A DNA stretch of 64,000 bases. Source: a virus. Location: positions 1-64,000 of the IMG/VR virus record IMGVR_UViG_3300011013_000009; one strand, written 5' to 3'. A program made the translations under genes and the position numbers. Each line of letters opens with the position of its first letter. Positions within the stretch are counted from its first letter, which is position 1. The notes beneath the pieces are model-generated. The model did not search any database. It was not told the DNA's origin and saw only the letters and a program-made list of their open reading frames with translations. Of this stretch, positions 57,467 through 64,000 are shown one piece after another.

Positions 57467-58315
57467 ATGGCTAAAAAGTACAAAAAACCAGAAAATAAAA
57501 AACATAAACCCAGAAAAGATTTAAAAGATTATGAGGGAAAAGAGACTGAAAATATGGTATTAGACGCATCAGGCGAACCACAACCAGATGTTCCTAGAAA
57601 AATTAAATATTCAGACATAGGCGATTCTGAAAATATGGTTTATGATGTAAAAGATTCTGATAGGGCATATCCAATAAAAGATATGCAAGACGGAGATCCT
57701 AAGATGGCTAAACACGCATTAAAAACATTTGATAAAAACGTAGAAGCTGATGCTGACGATTTTATAGAAACATTGTCAAAAAAGGATGGTGGGTATACTT
57801 CTAAATTAAAAAAATTAACTAAAGAACAAAAAGAAAAATTCGTTAGAGCTATAGTTCGTAAGCGTATTGAACAATTTATTAATGAATCAGTACAGTTAGA
57901 ACAAGGCGATCCAGAAGAAGAGCCATTAGCTGATACTCCAGAGCCTGCACCAGCCCCCGAAGCACCAGCAGTTCCTGCAGATCAAACAGAACCTGCACCA
58001 ACTCCCGAAATACCTGCAGAACCAGAATCAACTCCTGAAATGCCGGCGCCAACAGGAGCGGCTACTTCACCCGAAGCACCTGAAGCACCAGAAGCATCAG
58101 CCGACCCAAATGATCCGGATGGCGATGGTATGCCAGGCGATTCTAGAATTGATAACTTTGTATTAGCAGTTCAACAAAAACCAAATATTGTACAGCAAAT
58201 AAAAATGATTATGGATGTAATAAATAAAATTACTGCTGAAGATGATAGAAAACAAAAAATTGGAAAAATTGGTTTATTAAAGCGAGTTGTAGATAGAGCA
58301 ATTTCAAGATTATAA
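57467..58315 (+). CDS. hypothetical protein with P/A/E-rich linker
   Basis: ORF track; late promoter 57438. Confidence 0.75.
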   Translation: MAKKYKKPENKKHKPRKDLKDYEGKETENMVLDASGEPQPDVPRKIKYSDIGDSENMVYDVKDSDRAYPIKDMQDGDPKMAKHALKTFDKNVEADADDFIETLSKKDGGYTSKLKKLTKEQKEKFVRAIVRKRIEQFINESVQLEQGDPEEEPLADTPEPAPAPEAPAVPADQTEPAPTPEIPAEPESTPEMPAPTGAATSPEAPEAPEASADPNDPDGDGMPGDSRIDNFVLAVQQKPNIVQQIKMIMDVINKITAEDDRKQKIGKIGLLKRVVDRAISRL

Positions 58316-58324
58316 AAGGATAAT

Positions 58325-58963
58325 ATGTCAAAAAAGTTACAAAATATAAAAGCAGTGAAAAAAATGCTCGAAGGAACTCATGCATTTCAAACAAAGAAAA
58401 CTCACGGATTTTCAGATGCTAAAAAAACAGCAGACAAAAATCAAAAACGAGAAGTGGGAGATATCTGGGATGAAGAAATTAATGGTACCCTTTACACAAT
58501 AGAACAAAAAAAAGGGTTTAGAATAAAAAAACCAAAAAATTCAATCGCATCAGATATAAAAGAATATTTAAAATCATTTCCAAATTGTCCAAAAGAAACA
58601 TGTACATGTAAAGCGCCAAATCGATTAGATAATAAGATGCGTATATATCACGGAAAATGTTTTGATTGTGTTATTGATATGGAACATCAATTACGTGTAG
58701 AAGGAAAATACGAAGAGTATGAAAAAAATAGAATAAAAAATAATGCAGTTGCTTGGTTAAAAAAAGCAGAAGAAGATGTTAAAATGTTAAAAAAAGCATA
58801 CACCGAAGCTAGTACAATAGTTACTAATGCAGATGGTTTAACAGAGAATTGGGCAGCAAAAATGACTCCGGAACAATTCGAAGAATCAGTACAACAAAAT
58901 TTTGATAAGTTTAAAAAAGAATTTTTAGAAAATTTAAATAAAGAAGAAAATGAAGACAATTAA
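58325..58963 (+). CDS. hypothetical protein with Cys cluster
   Basis: CPKETCTC...HGKCFDC. Confidence 0.75.
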   Translation: MSKKLQNIKAVKKMLEGTHAFQTKKTHGFSDAKKTADKNQKREVGDIWDEEINGTLYTIEQKKGFRIKKPKNSIASDIKEYLKSFPNCPKETCTCKAPNRLDNKMRIYHGKCFDCVIDMEHQLRVEGKYEEYEKNRIKNNAVAWLKKAEEDVKMLKKAYTEASTIVTNADGLTENWAAKMTPEQFEESVQQNFDKFKKEFLENLNKEENEDN

Positions 58964-59270
58964 AAAATATTGGAAAATAATTGCAGGTGCAATTGTAGGA
59001 TTATTTGGATTAATATTTCTAGTTTCAAGAAAAATAACTGCAAACAAATTAGATAAAACAGAAGAAGAAATTGATAAAAATAATTCAAAAGTCGATAAAT
59101 TATCAGGAAAATTGGAACGAATTAAAGAGGAAGAAGAAGAAGCTAAAGCAGACATTAAAAAACAAAAAAAAGATATTAAAGAGGCAAAAAAGAAAAAAGA
59201 CACCGTTCCTACAACAAAGAGAACTACTGCCGATGCTAAGAAAAATATAATCAAAAAAACTCGGAAATGA
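58950..59270 (+). CDS. membrane-anchored coiled-coil protein (spanin-like)
   Basis: N-terminal TM plus charged coiled coil. Confidence 0.55.
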   Translation: MKTIKKYWKIIAGAIVGLFGLIFLVSRKITANKLDKTEEEIDKNNSKVDKLSGKLERIKEEEEEAKADIKKQKKDIKEAKKKKDTVPTTKRTTADAKKNIIKKTRK

Positions 59271-59647
59271 AAAAATTTTTTATTATATTATTATTATTAC
59301 CAGTTTTTTCGTTTACACAAACTGTTGATACTTGTTTTACAGAAGAACAAATACATGATATATCTGAAACAATAGATTCATTATATTATTTAGATTCTGT
59401 TAACAATGATATTATAATAAAACAAGACAAGTTAATATCTAGTTTAGATCGATTAAATAAATTAGATTCATTACAAAAATTATATTATCAACAACAAATT
59501 GATTTATTAAACAGTAACATTGATTTATATATTGAACGAGAAGACCTTATAAAACCAAAATGGTATGATAGCAAAATAATTTGGTTTGGTGCTGGTATAT
59601 TAACTACGGTATTGACCGGAAAGTTAATTGTAGAAGTGGTTCAATAA
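59267..59647 (+). CDS. signal-peptide, coiled-coil, C-terminal TM protein (spanin-like)
   Basis: MKKFFIILLLLPVFSFTQ; PKWYDSKIIWFGAGIL. Confidence 0.55.
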   Translation: MKKFFIILLLLPVFSFTQTVDTCFTEEQIHDISETIDSLYYLDSVNNDIIIKQDKLISSLDRLNKLDSLQKLYYQQQIDLLNSNIDLYIEREDLIKPKWYDSKIIWFGAGILTTVLTGKLIVEVVQ

Positions 59648-59648
59648 T

Positions 59649-61226
59649 ATGGCTGAAAAAAATATAAAACAAATAATTGAAGAACAATATGTAAAGTGTG
59701 CAAATGATCCAGTATACTTTATGCGACAGTTTTGCTATATTCAACATCCTTTAAAAGGAAAAATCAAATTCGATTTATTTCCATTTCAAGAAGAATCACT
59801 ATCTACTTTACAAAATAGTCGTTATAGCGTAATATTAAAATCAAGGCAGTTGGGTATATCAACATTATCTGCTGGATATGCATTGTGGTCGATGTTATTT
59901 AATGAAGACTTCAACGTTTTGGTTATAGCAACAACACAAGATGTAGCAAAAAACTTAGTAAGTAAAGTTCAAATAATGAATGAAAATTTACCTAGTTGGT
60001 TAAAAACTACAATAACAACTAATAATAAATTATCATTAAAATTTTCAAATGGTTCGCAAATAAAAGCAATTTCAAGTGCATCAACAGGAGCTCGGTCAGA
60101 AGCATTATCATTACTAATAGTTGATGAAGCCGCATTTATTAGAAACATCGAAGAGATATGGGTGGCATCACAAGCAACGCTATCAACAGGTGGTGGCGCT
60201 ATTGTTTTATCTACCCCAAATGGTTTAGGAAATTGGTTTCATCAAATATGGGCAGATGCTGAAACTGGCACAAATGGGTTTGAAACAATTAAGTTAAAAT
60301 GGGACCTTCACCCAGAACGTGATCAATCTTGGAGAGATGACCAAACAAAGTTATTAGGCGAAAGAGGAGCAGCTCAAGAATGTGATTGTGATTTTATATC
60401 ATCAGGTCATACTATTGTCGATGGGGCAATATTACAACAATATGAATTAAAATGTGAAGATCCGGTTGAAAAAAGAGGATATGATAACGGTTATTGGATT
60501 TGGGAATATCCAGACTATACAAAAAATTATATAGTAGTAGCAGATGTCGCAAGGGGCGATGGAGCAGATTGGTCTGCATTTCATGTAATCGATGTTGAAA
60601 CAATAACCCAGGTAGCAGAGTATAAAGGAAAGCTACCACCTAAAGATTTTGGCAACATGTTAGTATCAGTTGCAACAGAATGGAATAATGCATTATTAGC
60701 AATTGAAAATGCAAATATAGGATGGGCGGCAGTACAGCCAGCATTAGATAGAGGATATGAAAATCTATTTTATACATATAAAACAGAAGGATATGTAGAT
60801 TTAGAAGTACAATTACAAAAAGGATATGACATAAAAGATAAAACAAAAATGGTACCTGGAGTCTCAACTACAAGTAGAACTAGGCCATTAATGATATCTG
60901 CATTAGAAATGTATATGAGAGAAGGAACGCCTATTATTAAATCAAAACGACTTATACAAGAATTATTTGTATTTGTCTGGCTTAACGGTAAAGCACAGGC
61001 ACAGATTGGTTATAATGATGACTTAGTAATGAGTTATGCAATAGGATTGTGGTTAAGAGATACTAGTTTAAAATTAAGACAACATGGAATTGAATTAAAT
61101 AAACGAGCATTATCACAATTTAGAAAAACAGATACAACCATTTATACTAATAATAACACAAAACAAAATGATAGTTGGAAATGGAATAATGGTTCAGAAG
61201 ACGAAAATTTAACCTGGCTTCTGTAA
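59649..61226 (+). CDS. terL: terminase large subunit (T4 gp17-like)
   Basis: LFPFQ, KSRQLGIST, LIVDEAAF, STPNG, QECDCDF, ADVARGDGAD, DDLVMS. Confidence 0.95.
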   Translation: MAEKNIKQIIEEQYVKCANDPVYFMRQFCYIQHPLKGKIKFDLFPFQEESLSTLQNSRYSVILKSRQLGISTLSAGYALWSMLFNEDFNVLVIATTQDVAKNLVSKVQIMNENLPSWLKTTITTNNKLSLKFSNGSQIKAISSASTGARSEALSLLIVDEAAFIRNIEEIWVASQATLSTGGGAIVLSTPNGLGNWFHQIWADAETGTNGFETIKLKWDLHPERDQSWRDDQTKLLGERGAAQECDCDFISSGHTIVDGAILQQYELKCEDPVEKRGYDNGYWIWEYPDYTKNYIVVADVARGDGADWSAFHVIDVETITQVAEYKGKLPPKDFGNMLVSVATEWNNALLAIENANIGWAAVQPALDRGYENLFYTYKTEGYVDLEVQLQKGYDIKDKTKMVPGVSTTSRTRPLMISALEMYMREGTPIIKSKRLIQELFVFVWLNGKAQAQIGYNDDLVMSYAIGLWLRDTSLKLRQHGIELNKRALSQFRKTDTTIYTNNNTKQNDSWKWNNGSEDENLTWLL

Positions 61227-61256
61227 TAAGATATATTTATATAAAAAAAGAAAACA

Positions 61257-63077
61257 ATGGCATCATTAAGAAAACGTTTAAGAAATTTATTTTCTACTAA
61301 TGTAATAGTACGTAAGTATGGAAAAGATCGTCTAAGAGTAGTCGATACTAACAGATTACAGTCATTAGGAAATTTATCACAAAGCAAGTTAACGGATAGA
61401 TATAATCGATTACACGGCACAACTAAACATAATATGGGTGGTTATGGCGGATATGATTCGAATTACTACATGCAACAGAATCGTATGCAATTGTATACTG
61501 ATTACGAGATGATGGATAAAGACCCAATAATATCATCTGCATTAGATATATATGCTGACGAATCAACATTAGCAGATCAGTTCGGCGATATATTAACTAT
61601 TAAAACAAATAAAACTCATATACAAAAAATATTATACAATTTATATTATGACATATTAAACATTGAATTTAATATGTGGCCATGGATTCGTAATATGTGT
61701 AAGTATGGAGATTTCTTTTTAAAATTAGATGTTGCTGAAGAAATAGGAATTTTAAATGCACGCCCACTTTCTACTTATGAAATTGAAAGATTGGAACAGT
61801 ATGACGAAACAACGGGTGAATATGATATTAAATTTAGACACGCCGCAACAGAACATTTAGAATATGATGTGTTTGAGATAGCACACTTCAGGTTATTATC
61901 AGATTCAAACTTCCTCCCATACGGCCGAGCAATGCTTGAAGGAGCTAGACAAGAATTTCAAAAATTAATGATGTTAGAAGATGCAATGCTTATTCACAGA
62001 ATAATGAGAGCACCCGAAAAACGTATTTTTAAAATTGATATTGGTAATATTCCACCCAATGAAGTTGATTCATTTATGGAAACAATTATTAATAAAATGA
62101 AAAAAATTCCATATGTTGATAAACAAACTGGTAACTATAATCTTAAATTTAATTTGAATAATATGTTAGAAGATTATTACTTACCTGTGCGGGGAGGCAA
62201 TAGTCAAACGACAATAGATACACTACCAGGAATGGAGTTTACCGGCATTGATGACATCGAATATGTAAAACACAAAATGATGGCAGCATTGAAAATTCCT
62301 AAACCATTTTTAGGATATGATGAGGGAGTTGAAGGGAAAACTACATTAGCGTCAATGGATATTAGGTTTGCAAGAACAATTGAAAGAATTCAAAAAATAG
62401 TTGTTTCAGAATTAGTTAAAATTGGAATTGTACATTTATATTCTCAAGGCTATGAAGGAGATGATTTAATAGGATTTGAGTTAGAATTGACTCCGCCATC
62501 TATAATTTACGATCAACAAAAAGTTGCATTGATGAATGAAAAAGTAACTTTAGCATCTGCAATGAAGGATCTAAAACTAGTTTCAGATAAATACATTTAT
62601 GAGTATATTTTCAATATGTCTGAAGATGAGTGGTTAGAAGAGCGTAATAATGTTATAGAAGATCTTAAATTAAGATTTAGACAAAATCAAATTGAACAAG
62701 AAGGTAATGATCCAACATTAACAGGAACATCATTTGGAACACCACATGATTTGGCGTCAATTCATATGAGTACCGATGACGTAGAAGATAAAGATCCGGG
62801 GGGCAGACCACCCGAAGGAATTAAATATGGACAGCACAAAAATGAATTTGGTTGGGATCCAACTGGGGCTAAAACAATTAAGCAAGGAACAGATCCAAAC
62901 AATATCACAACCACATTCCAACCAGATCCTAGATTTAGAAATACAAAAACAACTGTAGCAACTGAAAATGCTGATATTTTAAAGAAATTAAGACCTAAAA
63001 GCCCAAAGATTATAACAGAAGATCAAAATAAAGATGTAGATTCTGGAACAATGTTGGACGAAGACAATATTTTATAA
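61257..63077 (+). CDS. portal protein (T4 gp20-like)
   Basis: LEDAMLIHRIMRAPEKRIFKIDIGNIP, MLEDYYLPVRGG, IDTLPG, ALKIP. Confidence 0.93.
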   Translation: MASLRKRLRNLFSTNVIVRKYGKDRLRVVDTNRLQSLGNLSQSKLTDRYNRLHGTTKHNMGGYGGYDSNYYMQQNRMQLYTDYEMMDKDPIISSALDIYADESTLADQFGDILTIKTNKTHIQKILYNLYYDILNIEFNMWPWIRNMCKYGDFFLKLDVAEEIGILNARPLSTYEIERLEQYDETTGEYDIKFRHAATEHLEYDVFEIAHFRLLSDSNFLPYGRAMLEGARQEFQKLMMLEDAMLIHRIMRAPEKRIFKIDIGNIPPNEVDSFMETIINKMKKIPYVDKQTGNYNLKFNLNNMLEDYYLPVRGGNSQTTIDTLPGMEFTGIDDIEYVKHKMMAALKIPKPFLGYDEGVEGKTTLASMDIRFARTIERIQKIVVSELVKIGIVHLYSQGYEGDDLIGFELELTPPSIIYDQQKVALMNEKVTLASAMKDLKLVSDKYIYEYIFNMSEDEWLEERNNVIEDLKLRFRQNQIEQEGNDPTLTGTSFGTPHDLASIHMSTDDVEDKDPGGRPPEGIKYGQHKNEFGWDPTGAKTIKQGTDPNNITTTFQPDPRFRNTKTTVATENADILKKLRPKSPKIITEDQNKDVDSGTMLDEDNIL

Positions 63078-63116
63078 TTAACACGATATTTATATGTAAA
63101 GGAACTGTGTTTCGAT

Positions 63117-63971
63117 ATGAAAAAATTAAAACATTCTAAATATAAGAATACGGCAATGTTATTCGAAATTTTAGTAAGGAAATTAACATCCGAATCATTG
63201 ACTTCAGATAAGTCAGTGACAATTGATATAATTAAAAAGTATTTTGGAAAGAACACTGAGCTGTCAAAAGAACTACAATTATATAATTCATTAATAAAAG
63301 AACAATTTAAGTCAGAAGCGAGAGCATTAGATTTTATTAGGTCTTGTAAAGAGACTCACAATAAATTAAATAAATCTTTAATTAAAAGACAACGGTATAA
63401 CTTAGTAAAAGAAATATCAGAAAATTTTATTTTTGATAAAATGTCAAAAATTAGGATTAATAATTATAAACAAATTGCTTCAATATATAAATTATTTGAA
63501 TATAATGAATCACACAATCCTAAACAAATTTTAGAATGTAAAGATGTAATTATAGAACATATATTAATTAAAGACACAAGTAATTCAAAGAAAAATACTA
63601 TATTAGAATCATTTAAAAATCAACATAAAGATGTTCGATTATTAACATATAAATTATTAGTTGATAAATTTAATAAAAAATATTCTGGTTTAAATGAAGC
63701 ACAAAAGGATTTGCTTAATCATTATATTACTCACGTTAATGATACTGAGTCTTTAAAGGAATATATCCACAAAGTTATTCCTGTTATTAAAAAACAATTA
63801 AAAGAACATGTTAAATTAATAGATGACAAAGTGACAAAAATTAAAGTAGACAAATTATCAGAAATGCTTTGTAATGTTGAAACAATTAAAACTATTAAAG
63901 AATCTCATGTATTATCATTATTAAGATATTTTGATTTAATTAAAGAATTAAAAGAGGTAAATATAAAATGA
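63117..63971 (+). CDS. hypothetical protein of the head module
   Basis: ORF track; follows portal; late promoter 63086. Confidence 0.7.
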   Translation: MKKLKHSKYKNTAMLFEILVRKLTSESLTSDKSVTIDIIKKYFGKNTELSKELQLYNSLIKEQFKSEARALDFIRSCKETHNKLNKSLIKRQRYNLVKEISENFIFDKMSKIRINNYKQIASIYKLFEYNESHNPKQILECKDVIIEHILIKDTSNSKKNTILESFKNQHKDVRLLTYKLLVDKFNKKYSGLNEAQKDLLNHYITHVNDTESLKEYIHKVIPVIKKQLKEHVKLIDDKVTKIKVDKLSEMLCNVETIKTIKESHVLSLLRYFDLIKELKEVNIK

Positions 63972-64000
63972 AATCTTTTTTAAATGAAATGGAAAAAAAG
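63968..64000 (+). CDS. partial ORF (MKSFLNEMEKK...)
   Basis: ATG overlapping upstream stop; runs off window; FLNE resembles the tag/cleavage motif. Confidence 0.5.
   Translation, partial: MKSFLNEMEKK

Larger units (their letters stand above)
15528..63093 (+). promoter_or_regulatory. putative late promoter ATATTTAT(A/T), dispersed
   Basis: Intergenic copies at 15528, 16151, 16941, 19056, 20200, 21609, 26100, 29402, 31778, 40703, 42690, 44274, 50881, 54236, 57438, 61233, 63086; reverse copy at 26017-26024 ahead of the only minus-strand gene. Confidence 0.75.

Noticed and set aside
59649-63077. Inteins or introns in terminase or portal
   Set aside because: Lengths are ordinary, motifs are contiguous, and no splice-junction motifs are seen.
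2442-63256. Minus-strand and nested alternative-frame ORFs in the track (e.g. 2442-2720, 9691-9951, 10946-11311, 36334-36831, 48724-49092, 24411-24764)
   Set aside because: They are shadows of well-supported + strand genes, with no promoter, leader or motifs. Only 25426..25983 was accepted on the minus strand.
1-64000. Stop-codon reassignment as seen in some Bacteroidota phages
   Set aside because: Core genes are full-length in the standard code, and TAA, TAG and TGA all occur as normal stops.

Overview
This window is 64 kb of a large, very AT-rich, lytic T4-like (myovirus) phage genome, almost entirely coded on the + strand in the standard genetic code. The host is probably Bacteroidota: there is a DUF4494-like gene, A-rich leaders without Shine-Dalgarno sequences, and promoters that fit TTTG-N20-TATATTTA. 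Layout: (1) 1-3159, a tandem micro-gene array whose junctions share the repeat TAAACCAAAA(C/G)AA(A)GATG. (2) 3150-3845, a non-coding block of strand-biased TTTTAG repeats. (3) 3812-15157, about 22 early/host-takeover cassettes, each with its own near-identical promoter and leader ending in AA(G/A)AGATATG; these include a (p)ppGpp-hydrolase-like HD protein, a sigma70 factor, an AAA ATPase and an ArfA-like peptide. Embedded here is a ~460-nt highly structured non-coding element (6265-6730). One of its loops is the exact 15-nt reverse complement of the shared start-codon region of these early genes, which makes it the best candidate for an undescribed system. (4) ~15310-15420, a G-tract island at the early/late boundary. 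(5) 15541-22389, late genes sharing an N-terminal MIKLKxLLxE tag (T4 capsid-targeting-like). (6) 22447-64000, conserved core genes: gp55-like late sigma factor, baseplate and tail genes, T7-type endonuclease I, primase, a fused Mre11-Rad50 (gp47-gp46), a nucleotidyltransferase-HAD-ligase polyprotein, large terminase and portal. All calls come from reading motifs by eye; no searches or folding were run.
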